NCBI GenBank assembly: GCA_024679065.1
Contig: JAGIQG010000036.1
Span: 12,524,001 to 12,588,000, forward strand
DNA from: Sphyrna mokarran
Taxonomy: Eukaryota
Direction: 5' to 3'
DNA: 64,000 bases
Both the position numbers and the translations under genes were made by a program. Below are positions 1 to 12,160 of this stretch, in pieces. How positions within the stretch are numbered: the stretch's first letter is position 1; each line of letters starts with the position of its first letter. Under the pieces are notes generated by a model that saw only the letters and a list, made by a program, of their open reading frames with translations, made no database searches and was not told where the DNA came from.

Positions 1-173
1 AGATGCTGCTTGATACCCAAACTCTTTGACCAAGCTTTTGGTCACCTGTCCCAAGATCCCCTCGCATGGCTCACTATCAAATTCAATTCTATTATCGCTC
101 CTGCAAAGTGCTTTCAAGGTATTTTACTAATTGTTGTACCCAACGCCATAAATCGAAGGCATGAGCAAGACAA

Positions 174-490
174 GGTCACGGTACAGTAACACTGCTACTT
201 CACAGCTGCAAGGACATGGGTTCGATTCCTGGCCTGGGTTACTGTGTGTGGAATTTACACATTCTCCTCATGTCTGCTTGGGTTTCCTCCGGTTTCCTCC
301 CACAGGCCAAAGATATGCAGGTTAGGTTGATTGGCCATGCTAAAATTGCCCCTTAGTGTCCTAAGATGCTTAGATCAGAGGAATTAACAGGTAAAATATG
401 GAGTGGTATGAGGGAAGGGTCTGGATGGGATTGTGGTCGGTGCAAACTCGATGGGCCGAAGGGCCTCTTTTTACACTATAGGATTCTATG
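174..490 (+). mobile_element. HE1/V-SINE-like tRNA-derived SINE; other copies ~10500-10760, 21415-21600, 32090-32412, 35225-35400, 39445-39670, 42046-42338, 42690-42975, 50358-50668, 52710-53000, 53310-53558, 55485-55670
   Basis: tRNA-like head (ggttcgattcc) plus the V-domain tgtggagtttgcacattctccccgtgtctgcgtgggtttcctcc. Confidence 0.85.
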
Positions 491-888
491 AAGGAACAAC
501 AAATGGTCAAATTAACAAAGCCAGCATGCAGCAAACTGCTGAGGCCAGATAGTAGAACCGCTACAGATTTTGTGATGTGCTTCTTTGCGTTAACCAAACA
601 AACCAATTCACAATGTGGGATAAATTAAGAATGCAGTTTCTTAAAGTGATACTGTATCAAATTAAACAGAATCTTAACAGAAACTTAAATACAATCAAAA
701 GAAAATCTGACTAAAGGGGGTCAGTGAAACAGCCCAGTCCTCGCAGTGCCCACTGGGTAGATTACGTGACGTGCATGTGTGCACTCAGCATATGTGGCCC
801 AGGAATTATTTGGTAAAGAGACAGACCCCTATATTGTTTGGAGAATAATTAACAATTAATTCCTACTTCCCCCACCCTTTCTGCTCAC

Positions 889-1109
889 GTTTTGATCGAC
901 AATGTTCTTGCCCTGACTCGCCAAACTGCTGCCATAAGCCATCGCCAGGTTAGACACCATAGGGTCGCTGAGGAAGCCCTGCCCCGAGAGGCCAAAGCCA
1001 GCACCACTGCCCTCGTATCCTGGAGCACCCACGTTCCCGCTGGTATCTTCAAAGAGGTGGCTGGGGTCACTTGTGATGGGCATCGGTCCCCTCGTTCTCG
1101 CCTTGGCAG
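889..1109 (-). CDS. YIF1B: YIF1B (Yip1-interacting factor homolog B) internal coding exon, probably exon 2
   Basis: Acceptor tcactctcgattccag, donor gtgag, phase 1 in and phase 0 out. Translation (A)AKARTRGPMPITSDPSHLFEDTS...[29 protein letters not shown] matches recalled YIF1B motifs ([35 protein letters not shown]) better than YIF1A. Confidence 0.88.
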
Positions 1110-1754
1110 CTGGAATCGAGAGTGACAAAATAAGGTAACCATTGTCGTGACCGAGATATGAATTCAAATCACCTACAGTCTTAATTGATGAAGTGTCATC
1201 TTCTGTACAGGGGTTCACACACAATTGTAGAATTTCCTCACGTCCCTCCCCCGGCGGTAATACAGAAGCTGCAGATGAATTTCACAGACTTTTTGAAATG
1301 TGTTAGAAACTGTGAAATTCATCAGGGCTCCTATCCTTCTGATTCCACAACAAAATGAACAACAAAGCAATTATTTTGCGTTGTCAGCAAGGGAAAGGTA
1401 GCACAGGTACTTTTGATTCTAAATTTGGTCAGGCTGCAGGATACGTATTTGGACTTCCTTTTACCAAGCAACTGCTGCACTGACCCTCGGATGAGACATG
1501 TTAAACCAAAGCTTGGTCTCCTTCCTAGGGTTGATGTAAAAGGTCCCACAACATGATTTCAAAGATGAGCAAAAGTCTCCCTCATTCCTCGACTGCCAAT
1601 GCTGCCAAACGTTGCCTGGTCATTATCAAACTGCTGATTGCGGCAGCTTGCTGCACAAAAATGCATCACCACATTTCTTACATTACAACAATGACTAGAA
1701 CTCAAAAAAGCTTCAATTTCTGTAGAGTACTATGCAAGGTCTTGAGGATATGAA

Positions 1755-2350
1755 ACTGAACTAGACCAGCCACGTAAATACTGTGACTACAAGAGCGGGT
1801 CAGAGGCTGGGAATTCTGCAGACTCTCCAGACATTCCTGTCACCATCAAGTCAGGAGTGTGATGGAATACTTGGCACTTACCTGGGTGAGTACAGTTCCA
1901 ACAACACTCAGGAAGCTCAACACCATCCAGGACAAGGCAGCATCTCTTGACTGTACCCCATTACTAGCTTACTCATTCACTCCCTCCACCACTGACAAAC
2001 AGTGGCAGCAGTGAGTACTGTTTTAAGATGCACTGCAGGAACTCACTAAGGCTCCTTCAGCAAACCCATGATCTCTACCATCTAGAAGAGCAAGGGTAGA
2101 AGACACATAGGAACACTACCCCCTAGGGGTTCCTCTCCAAGTCACTCACCATCCTGACTTGGAGCTATAATCGCTGTCCCTTCCCTGTCACTGGGTCAAA
2201 TTCCTGGAACTCCCACTCTAACAGTACTCTGGGTGTACCTACCCCTCAGAATTGCAGTGGTAGCTCATCACCACCTTCTCAAAGATAACTAGGGATGAGC
2301 AAAATACACTGACATAGCCAGTAATGCCTACATCCCACTAATGAACAAAA
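1755..2350 (+). mobile_element. L2-like LINE 3' fragment (related ~53145-53810)
   Basis: caagtcaggagtgtgatggaatac..caccatccaggacaa..; tail shared with the Deu-type SINEs. Confidence 0.65.
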
Positions 2351-2609
2351 TATGTATATATAAGTGCAAGTCTTCCTTGATTATTGAATATTGTCAGAAC
2401 CATTTTATAAAACAGTTAAGATCCGAATTCCATTAACACTTGTTCCACAGGCAGATAAGATGATTGGAAGTGGGTGAGAATCCACAGATGGAATATAATT
2501 TAAGTGTGAAAATCTCCACTTTGATCAAAAAAACACTTCACTGCTTACTCCAGTTCAGGGTCACGAGCACTCAAAGCCTGTCGTGACGTACACTGCAGGA
2601 CTTACTCAG

Positions 2610-3310
2610 TTAATGATAGGGCGTTGAGAAGAGTTACGAACAAAACGATCTAGGGGTACATGTTCATAGCTTCTTGAAAGTGGAGTTACAGATGGACAGA
2701 GTGGTGAAGGAGCATTCGGCATACTTGGTTTCATTGGTCAGAACGCTGAATACAGGAGTTGAAACATCTTGTTATACAAGACATTGGTAAAGCCACACTT
2801 GGAATACTGTGTGCAGTTCTGGTCACCCTATTATAGAAAGGATATTATTAAATGAGCAAGAGCACAGAAAAGATTTACTAGGATGCTATTGGGACTTGAT
2901 GGTTTGAGTTATAAGGAAAAGCTAGATAGACAGGGACTATTTTCTCAGGATGTAGAGGGCTGAGGAGTGACCTTATAGACATCTATAAAGAGGGACACGG
3001 ATCAGCTAAATATCTTTTCCCAAAGGTAGGGGAGTCTAAAACTAGAGGGCATAAGTTTAAGGTGAGAGGCGAGAGATACAAAAGGGTCCAGAGGGGCCAT
3101 GGTTTCACACACAAAGTTGAGAGTGTTTGGAACAAGCTGCTAGAGGTGGTACAATTTTTCCTTTTAAAAAACGTTTAGACAATTACATGGGTAAGATGGG
3201 TGTAGAGGGATATGGGCCAAATGCAGGCAACTGGGACCAGCCTAAGGATTACAAAAGGGCAGGCACATGGGACCAAGGTGGCCAAAGACCTTGGTTTCCA
3301 TGTTGTAAAC
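2610..3310 (+). mobile_element. CR1 3' fragment (related copy ~49380-50190)
   Basis: ccacacttggaatactgtgtgcagttctggtcacc..aaaactagagggcat motifs. Confidence 0.85.
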
Positions 3311-3829
3311 CTCGTAAACTCGTTAGGTGCATTGCACCAACTTTAATTTAAACGCTCAGTTCAGTAACATCGGGAAGCAGCTTTTCAATTCCTGCAAGAA
3401 TTCCAAGAGTTAAAAGCAACACCAACCCAGCATCAAAAACAATAGACAATGCCAAATTATTATACTGCCTTGTTTCCAGCCAATACATTTTATGGTTTTA
3501 ACACTGGAACAGGATATATAGATATTTATTACCTTGATACTATTCCTAATGATCTAATAATCTTCATTGTTGCTGGCTCCTCAATGATTCACAGTGGCTT
3601 CTAATATATGAGCTACATAACATCGTAGAATGTCTCTAATGTGTGAGTGCCTCAAGTTCCTGATTGGGGAAGAATTTGGGGTTGGGATAGATGGATTCTG
3701 AAGCAGAGGTGATTCTTGTCATCTGCATGATGATGGGGGTAGTTTCTGGTCTTCGGTTGTGTGCTCCATCCTTTATATTGTCAGGAGTGTCCTAATACTG
3801 TGAAAAAAAATTCTTGCAAGCTATGCAGA

Positions 3830-4740
3830 CTATGCCGGCCGTTCTCAAAAAAGAAGTGGGCAGAAAGTAGTTTACAATCATAACTAGGGTGTAGATAAGG
3901 AAAGATCAACTTAGTGCAAGACTGATGGAAGCAGGGAAGAAGCTGCTGTTGAGTCAGTTGGTACATGCCCTCAGACTTTTGTATCTTTTTTCCTGATGAA
4001 AAAAAGAGTGGAAGAGGATATGTGCGTGGGATCCTTAATTCTGCTGGCTACTGTGGCGAGGCAATGGGAAGGGTAGACAGAGTGAAAGGATGGGAGGTTG
4101 CATTGCATGATTAACTGGACTTTATTCATGATTTTAGAGCTTCTTGCGATCTTGGACTGAGCAGGAACTTGTACCAAGCTATGACACAACCAGAAAGAAT
4201 ACTTTCTGTCATGCATCTGAGAAAGTTGGTGAGAGTCGTAGCGGGCATGCCAAATTTCCTTAGCCTACTGTGAAAGTAGTGGGATAAGTTAGCTTTAGTA
4301 ACTATGGTTTTGGTATAGGAGGACTAATACAAAGTTGTTGGTGATCTGGAAACTAAAAACTGGAAGTTTTCGACCATTCCTACTTCGCCCTCATTGATGT
4401 ACAGAGGGGGCAAGTTCACCACTATGCTTCGTGAAGTTGATGACTGTCCCCTTCATGTTGTTGACATTGAGAGAGAAATTATTGTTGTCACACCAGTTCA
4501 CCAGGTTCTCTATTTCATTCCTATATTCAGTCTCATCATTGTTTGAGATCTGACCCACAATTGCGTCATCAGAAAACTTGAAAATCGGTTTGTAGTCAAA
4601 GTTGGCCAAACAGTCCTAGGTGTATAAGACGGCTTAGGACACAGCACTGTGGGGCACCCGCGTTGATGATGATTTTGGAGGATCATGTTGCCTATCCTTA
4701 CTGATTGCAGTCTGCGGATTGGGTAGTTCAGGATGCCTGT
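3830..4740 (-). mobile_element. Degenerate Rex1/Babar-like LINE RT fragment (copy ~23130-24040)
   Basis: KFSDDAIVGQISNNDETEYRNEIENLVNWCDNNNFSLNV resembles the Rex1-type KFADDTTVVGLISNNDE...WCxxNNLxLN. Confidence 0.75.
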
Positions 4741-5164
4741 GTGGATTTCCTCTGAGAACCCTGGTTTCCTGACACAGTCCGAAAGCTGGTTAAGTGCATT
4801 GGTCATGCTTAATTCTCCCTCAGTGCACCCGAACAAGCGCTAGAATGTGGCAAGAAACGGAATTTCACAGTAACTTTATTGCAGTTGTAATGTTAGCCTA
4901 CTGGATGTGTTAATAACTGCTTAACCAGCTTTCGGACTGTGTCAGGAAACCAGTGTTCTCAGAGGAAATACACACAGGCATCCTGAACTACCCAATCCGC
5001 AGACTGCAATCAGTAAGGATAGGCAACATGATCCTCCAAAATCATCATCAACACGGGTGCCCCACAGTGCTGTGTCCTCAGCCGTCTTATACACCTAGGA
5101 CTGTTTGGCCAACTTTGACTACAAACCGATTTTCAAATTTTCTGATGACGCAATTGTGGGTCAG
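4550..5164. repeat. Local inverted repeat, 245-bp arms (4550-4794 / 4920-5164); copy at 23853-24467
   Basis: Arms are reverse complements with about 5 mismatches; 125-bp SINE-derived spacer. Confidence 0.92.
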
Positions 5165-5609
5165 TTCGTAGCTCAGGGCTCAGAAGAATATAACAACTCT
5201 ACTTAACAAGGAAAGAAGACAGAAAGCAGGAAGCTGTAGGCCATGGAATGCTTCGTAAACGTGGGATCTGGCTGTCGTTGTATATGAATGAACAAGAGTT
5301 ACCCTGCGGAAAAGGGAAAGGTAGCCTATGTTAAAGGCATCTGTAATTCTGGTGTCTTCAGGGTCTGGACCACAAAATCTGGAATGCTCTCTCTCCACCT
5401 TCCTACCGCTATTGAAATATTCTCTAAAATGACTTTGATCAAAGCTTTAGGTCACCTGAAGCCACTTTTTATGTTTCATTATTGTAAAGACATCATAGAA
5501 ATGGAACTTGTTGCATATTATTGGTGTTGGCCTGTTCAAGGAATGGAATGGTTAGAGAGTCAGTGGCAAATCCAAAGATCAAAAAAGAGTTCTTTGGTGT
5601 TTTACTTAC

Positions 5610-5716
5610 CACACGTGGGAATTTCATTTTCACAGTTTATACCATACCATGTCATTTGAATAGAACATCCCATCTTCTCCGCTTCACTATAACAGTTATC
5701 GTGCACTTGACAGCAT
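5610..5716 (-). CDS. PLA2-A1 exon 3 (catalytic His48-Asp49)
   Basis: CCQVHDNCYSEAEKMGCSIQMTWYGINCENEIPTC; cctattcag acceptor, gtaagt donor; phase 2 in, phase 1 out. Confidence 0.93.
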
Positions 5717-6149
5717 CTGAATAGGTTGACAAACATGGGTGAATGTTACTTTAGTTCCAAACAATAGAAGTTAAACATGCTGCATGTTTACCCGGCCTGG
5801 CCTACATGTTGCGCAAGAGCTACAGCAATGTGGTTGACTCTCTATGCCCTCTGGCAATGAACGATAACCGCTGGTCCAGCCAGCGACGCCCATCTCCCTT
5901 GAATTATAAAATAAATCTTCAATACTGTCGATAAAAGCAGATTACGTAGAATGCAGGATCTGAAACAATAATAAGAAAAGCTGGAAAATCTCAGCAGGTC
6001 TGAAGAAAGGTCATCCAGACTCGAATGTTGTCTCTGCTTTCTCTCCAGCCATATTGTCAGATCAAATTCAGTTAACAGTTTAAACACACCCAATTATTGC
6101 CGACAGCGGTTCTGAGTGACAAAATGTTATTTCAATGGTTGGAGATCAA

Positions 6150-6580
6150 TTTCTCCCAGTAACACGTATAAATTAGCCCACTATACCCTATAAATTACCC
6201 AGGTAAATTATCCCCAGTAACCCCCTATAAACTATCTCATATGCCCTATAAATTAACACAATGTACCCTATAAGTTAATCCTAGTAACTCCTACAAACTA
6301 CCGCCCAGTAACTCCTATAAATTGTCTCCAGTAACTCCCTACAAATTACTCCTATATTCCATATAAACTATCTCGATAACCACTGTAAGATCTCCCAGCA
6401 ATACTTATTACTAACACCCAGTTACTTCTATAAATTACTTCCAATAATTCACCATAAATTCCCCCCTTACCACTTATAAATCACACCCAATAAACTCGTA
6501 TATCTCACACCCAGTAAACCCCTATAAATTACCCCAAGAGACGCTCTAAATGTCTCCCAATAACGCCAATAAGTTACTGA
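6150..6580 (+). repeat. Degenerate ~22-bp tandem array (ccctataaattaccccagtaac); also 25455-25880 and 40605-40905
   Basis: Periodic tataaatt motif. Confidence 0.8.
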
Positions 6581-7502
6581 ATAATGACAACCCATTTGTC
6601 CAAATGACTGAGAGATGTTGCTTCTGGCACTGAACTGGAAGCCAGGTATGCGAAAAGCCATACAAGTCCTCTTTATCCTTCCACCAACAGCACTAATACA
6701 GATATAGTTGGTAATTACATTACAGCTATCGTGGGACCTTGCTGGGTACATATTGACTTCTCTCTACCTTCCATAGTGATCCTACTTCCAATGTATTAAA
6801 TCGACTGGCAGCAGCTGGTCCGCCTGTGATAAGGATCTCAGAGAAGCAAGCTCCGTCTTACAGACTCAAAAGGTTTACAGCTTTGGCTAATTTGTCCACG
6901 CCACCCTTTTCTTAACCCCTATGCTAGTCCCAATTGCCCGCATTTGGCACATGTCCCTCTATACCCATCTTACCTATATAACTGTCCAAAAGTTTTTCAA
7001 AAGACAAAATTGTACCCGCCTCTACTATTACATCTGACAGCTTGTCCCAGACACAGACCACCCTCTGTGTGAATGAACATGCCCCACTGGACACTTTAGT
7101 ATCTCTCCCTCTAACCTTAAGTCTATGACTGCAGTTTCAGACTGTCCTACGTTTGGGGAAACATATTGACTATCCAGCTGATCTGTGCCCCTCATTAATT
7201 GAAAAAGATCCATAAGATCAGTCAGAGAAAAATGTCACAGTCTACCCAGCCTCACCTGTAGACATCAACTCCCAGTAGCATACTAGTAAATCTTTTTTGC
7301 AATTTTTCTAATTTTATAATATTCTTTACTTATAATAGGGTGATCCGAATGGTACAGAGTATTCCAAGTATGGCCTTCTTGTACAACTTCTTGTAAAGGA
7401 ATTTCTACTCTTTACACCAAACCAAGACATTGCTGCTTCTTAATCAGTGCAAACATTTATATCTTGGTTTCACAAAGAGTATTTCTAATACCCTCATTTT
7501 AC

Positions 7503-7671
7503 CTGTCAGTGTCATCCACTGGTTGGTTGCCATTTCCTCCGAATCCACAAAAACAGCCATAGTCACTATAGCGTAGATTGTATGTATTTGGATTGGCGCA
7601 AGATACGGCTCTTGCGAAGTTCAACATATTCCGCCCCTGAATCACATTTCCCGGTGCAGGGTTGCACATTG
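7503..7671 (-). CDS. PLA2-A1 exon 2 (propeptide, N-terminal helix, Ca2+-binding loop)
   Basis: MCNPAPGNVIQGR-NMLNFARAVSCANPNTYNLRYSDYGCFCGFGGNGNQPVDDTD(R); ctcttgcag acceptor, gtaaaa donor. Confidence 0.93.
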
Positions 7672-8174
7672 CTGCAAGAGACAACAGAATGAGTTAGAAA
7701 GTCTGGAATTAGAGCGAGCAGGAAGATAATTTCACAGTAAGCTGTTTTCCAAACCTGCGGAGGAATATTTGTGATGTCAGCGGAAATTGATTTTAAGAAA
7801 GAGGCGATTCGGCCCTACAATTCATGGCTCCGTCTGATTCACATCAGGCTCCTCCCATCTCTCCCCTATCAGCAAAGCTTTCCATATATATATATGTATA
7901 TGTATATATATATATAAGCTTCATATATATGAAGGTTATATGAAGCTTACATAAGGAGCTTATATGAAGGTAAGCTCCTTCATGTACTTACCAAGCTTCC
8001 CGTTTAAGGCATCAATATGATTCACATCAACCATTTCCTGCGCTACAGAGTTTCGCAATATCATATCCTTACCAAGGAAAGAGGTTTTATCCTGAAATTC
8101 CAATGTTATTTCAGTCACTTGACCATCAAATTGCCCCATCCTTTACTTCAACAGTCAGTATCTGACTCGTGAAA

Positions 8175-8500
8175 GCGGTGGCCTAGTGGTATTATTGCTG
8201 GACTAGTGATCCAGAGATACAACACAGTTCCCTGGGGGACCAGGTTCGACTCCCACCATGGCAGATGGTGAAATCTGAAGTCAATTAAAAAAAATGGAAT
8301 TTAAAGTGTAACGATAATCCTGAAACGATTGTCATAAAAATCTACCTGATTCATTAATGTTGCACAGGGGAGGAGATTTTCCGAAATTCCACCCCAGAGC
8401 CACATAATGCCCTCTTGAAAAATTCAGCAAGCAGTTCAAGTGCAATTAGGGGTAGCAATAATTGTTGACCCAACCAGTGATGTCCAAATCACACAAATCA
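8175..8500 (+). mobile_element. Deu-domain (SacSINE1-like) SINE; other copies ~17176-17520, 27479-27800, 45000-45150, 49030-49305, 52430-52700, 59564-59908
   Basis: ggtggcctagtggtatta..ggttcga.tcccaccatggcagatggtg..ggcctacatgtgactccag. Confidence 0.7.
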
Positions 8501-9017
8501 ATAACATCATATTCACAACTTCATGTGTCACGGAGTGAGACACACACTAAGTCTACTGTAGATTATCAGGAGATTAAATCCATCATATTGAATATGCCCA
8601 GGCAGCTACATTAGGGGATTAGACACAAAGTGAATCTTCCTATGTAGTGTTCCCCATCAAACACTCCCAGGGCAAGGACAGCAAAGGGTTAGAGAGTAAA
8701 GCTCCCTCTACACTCTCCCCCATCAAACACTTCCAGGACAGGTACAGCACGGTGTTGGATACAGAGTAAAGCTCCCTCTACACTGTCCCCCATCAAACAC
8801 TCCCAGGACAGGTACAGCACAGGGTTAGATACAGAGCAAAGCTCTCTCTACACTGACCCCATCAAACACTCCCAGGACAGCACACACATTTCCTTTTACC
8901 TTCTTTGTCATTGTCAATTTACCTGTTCATAATTGTGCCCAGGCTTTGAGTGTTGCTTTATTTTTTGTTGCCCCTACTCCACCAGCATGTCTCTGATGTC
9001 TACAGTCGATCACTTAC

Positions 9018-9060
9018 CTCCGAGCATGATGAGGATCACAGTGAATTTCGGTGTCTCCAT
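9018..9060 (-). CDS. PLA2-A1 exon 1 (signal peptide METPKFTVILIMLG)
   Basis: Kozak gccATGG, 43 nt, donor gtaagt, phase 1 matching exon 2. Confidence 0.85.
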
Positions 9061-10822
9061 GGCTTTTCCTTTCGTTCAATTCAGGGATGTTTGTCTCATT
9101 GTCCTCCTGCCCTTTCTATTCTGAGCTTGGTGTGGCTACACCCCATATTCACTCAGTAGATGCAAATAAGGATGAAGAACTAGAGTGTGCTGATTCAAAT
9201 ATTTTGCTGCTGCTGAGCATGAGACGTTTGAAGATCTTTTTGACGTGGTTGTGGATTTTTTTAGGCTGTCTAATAAATTCTCTTGCAAAATACCAGAATG
9301 TGAGGACATGTGGTAAGTTCTGTCCCTACTAATTTTGATTTCTTTCAGTTCCTTCTTCTCACTAAACCTTGTGTTCCCCAACATTTCTGATATGTTATCT
9401 GCGCCCTCCATTGTGAAGGCGGAATGCAACATGTATTTAGTTGATAAGCCATTTCTTGTCCCCCATTATAAATTCACCTAATAGTGACTGGAAGTGTCCT
9501 TCATATATTTTCATCAATCTTTTATTCTTATCTATAGAAATTTTTACAGTCAATATTTATCTTCCCCATTAGCTTACAATCATATTCTCTCACTGGGAGA
9601 CAGTTCCCTCTCATTCAAGCAATTCCCTCTCATGAGGATACACTGTCTGAGCGTGCTGAGTCTCAGTGTAGTCTATATTCCAAAAGCACTAGTCACTAAC
9701 TGGGGAATGGATCCTGAATATTCTGACGCGGACTGGGGTGCAAATCCTGAAGGTATTGTCTCTCCCTAGCGTACAGGTCCTGTAGGTCATCTCTCTCTCT
9801 CGCTCTCTCTCTCTCACGCACAGACTGGGTACAGTTCTTGAATGTGCAGACACTCACTGGGATACAGTCACTAAAAGTGTCGTTTCTCACTAGGGGACAG
9901 TTCCAGGAGACAGAACATAGAACATAGAACATTACAGCACAGAACAGGCCCTTCGGCCTTCGACAATACGTCTTTGTTTAAACTGGATACTTTGGCAGCG
10001 GGAACTATGGACAGCGTCAATAATTAATCGAATATGTTGGATTTTTCTGATAGTTATAACAAAGGGCAAACAACAAAACAGCACAGGAAACAGGCCCTTC
10101 GGCCTAAAAAGCCTGCGCAACCATTTTAACATTCAGTGAACACCTCATTCCAATCCTTCTTCTGCCTATGACTTTTGCCTACGCCTCTCGGACTCCACAA
10201 TAAAGTGTGCAAATTTAGAGAATTTCATGTGTGCCAGATGGAGAGAAGTCTAATTTAGGGACAATTTGTTAACACCAATCAGCCTAAAAGCACGTGTTGG
10301 GGTGTGGAAGGAAACCGGAGCACCCGGAGAATACCCACGCAAGCAGGGGGAGAAAGCGCAAACTCCCACAGACACCTACCCAAGTCGACCCGACAACCTC
10401 TCAGTTTTGGCAATATCACTGCTCCTTTCTCTGTTTAGCTTTGCCGTGATGTCTTTACCCCCAATCACTCATTTTGACAGCAATCAAAATTTATTGCCAC
10501 CAACTTGTGTGGAGTTTGCACATTCCCCTCGTGTCTGCGTGGATTTCCGCCAGGTGCTTCGGTTTCCTACCACAGTCCAAAGATGTGCGGGTTAGGTTGA
10601 TTGGCCAACTAGATTGACCTTAAATGCATAGGTTAGAGGGGATTGGTGGGTAAAATATGTAGTGGTTGGGGGTTGGGCCTAGGTGGGATTGTAGTCGGTG
10701 CAGACTCTATGGGCCGAACAGCCTCTCTCTGTACGTTAGGGTTTCTATGATTTCTATGAATATTTTCGTTCTGCCCGAAAAAGAGGGCTGCTAAATGTTA
10801 CTGCTGTTACTGCTGCCTTTGG

Positions 10823-10861
10823 GGTTTTTGTTGAACTACTCCATCTCTCTGAGTCACTGTC
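10823..10861 (-). other. 23-bp-spacer RSS of V1, heptamer damaged
   Basis: GACAGTG-23 nt-ACAAAAACC; the critical first C of the heptamer is changed to G. Confidence 0.9.
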
Positions 10862-11268
10862 AAGACTCCAGGCGCAGTAATGCACGGCCGTGTGATTCAC
10901 CCGTATGCTGGAGGACTCCAAATTGAGCTCATACTCATTCGGCCGCTTGGCTGTGAAGTCGTCCACCGGCTGATGTGAGCGTCAGAGTTGGAATAAAAAA
11001 TCAGTTGCAGCTCCCTCCCCGGGAATTGCCTGTACCAGTACATGTAGAGAGCACATCTGAGGAAGAGACAGAGAGAGATCAGGAAATTGGGCATTCTGCG
11101 TGGAAGCACCGTGGAACGAGAACGAGCGATGTAGAAAAGTAGAAGGAACAGAAGGAATCAAATAATGAGGTCCACAAGTTGAAAGATGATTTAGATGTTG
11201 AATATGATTTGTTGTTGGAAAAGTTCCTCACCGTGAAACCTGACGAAAGGAGCCAGCAACAGATACAT
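10862..11268 (-). pseudogene. TCR beta V pseudogene V1 (TRBV30-like): leader 11232-11268, V exon 10862-11056
   Basis: Leader MYLLLAPFVRFH with gtgagg donor. V exon has lost most of FR1 and is frameshifted: LYMYWYRQFPGRELQLIFYS / DDFTAKRPNEYELNLESSSIRVNHTAVHYCAWSL. Confidence 0.88.
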
Positions 11269-11519
11269 CTTCCACTTCAGGTTCCCTTTTAAACAATCTT
11301 TCTTACTGGGAAGAAAACACAAATTGCAATGCTCATCTGTTTGATGGTCAGCCCAGCTTCTTCTATTAACTGACAGCCCCGCCTCTTTCCAACATCACCC
11401 GCCCCTCACCCCAGATTGGTTTATGTGGTTTATGTGAACATATTGCAAAGACGCGTTGACAGGTTGATGGAGAGAGAAAATGTGGACATTACAAGCGGAA
11501 TTGCTCTCAATTGGTACCA

Positions 11520-12160
11520 GAAACTGTAGATAAAGCGACACCAGAAAAAGATTAACAGGAAAATGAAAAAGTAATGTTTTCAAAATTGAAAGGTTAATTG
11601 TTAGGAAAAGGTCGTTCATTGCGAGAGTTTTGGGGTACAGGAGCAAAGCTATTATACAGAGACCGCACCTAGAATAACGTGTGCAGTTTTAGTCTCCTTT
11701 TCTGAGGAAGGATATTCTTGTTCTCGGGGTAGTGCAGGGAAGCTTTACCAGGTTGATTCCGGGGATGGCGAGACTGAAGTAGGAGGAGAAATTGATTCGG
11801 TTAGGATTGTTTATGTTGGAGTTCAGACGGATGGAGGGGATTTTATGGAGACTTATAAAGTGCTAACAGAATCAGAACATAAGATGCAAGAGTGTGTTCC
11901 CGGTGGTGGGGGAGTCTAGAGCCAGAGGTCGCAGTCTGAGGATTCAGGATAGGCCATTCAGGAAAGAGGAGAGGAGCCATTTCCTCACTGAAACAGTGGT
12001 GGGCCTGTGGAATTCTTTACCACAGGAAGTAGTTGATGCCAAAACATTGAATGCATTCAAAAGGGATCAAAGGAAATCAGGACTAGCTGATGAGTTAGAC
12101 GAGCAGCCGCGATGCTAATGAATGGTGGAGCACGCTCAAAGAGCAAATGGCCACTTTTCC
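11520..12160 (+). mobile_element. Degenerate CR1 fragment
   Basis: RARGRSLRI..LWNSLPQEVV. Confidence 0.75.

Larger units (their letters stand above)
5610..9060 (-). pseudogene. Secretory PLA2 copy A1 (group I-type), exons 1-3 only, exon 4 absent; truncated gene or 5' part of a chimera
   Basis: Exons 9018-9060, 7503-7671 and 5610-5716 have GT-AG sites and match gene A2. The duplicated block ends at ~3548, inside intron 3, and no CECD exon was found between 1110 and 5609. Confidence 0.85.
3548..9956 (+). repeat. 6.4-kb direct duplication, copy 1
   Basis: Offset 19303/19304 to 22851-29260; identical ORF-track peptides; roughly 9 differences seen by eye. Confidence 0.95.

Noticed and set aside
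174-250. tRNA gene
   Set aside because: tRNA-derived SINE head, repeated many times with a V-domain body.
1242-1322. ATG...gtgag as YIF1B exon 1
   Set aside because: It is phase 0 while exon 2 needs phase 1, and the peptide does not resemble YIF1B.
9136-9432. ORF ending LNQHTLVLHPYLHLL as the PLA2 signal exon
   Set aside because: No ATG and poorly hydrophobic; the true exon 1 (9018-9060) has Kozak context and paralogs.
9985-10022. J-segment-like YFGSG(T)MDSV on + strand near V1
   Set aside because: Needs a frameshift, has no valid 12-RSS heptamer upstream and no splice donor; probably chance.
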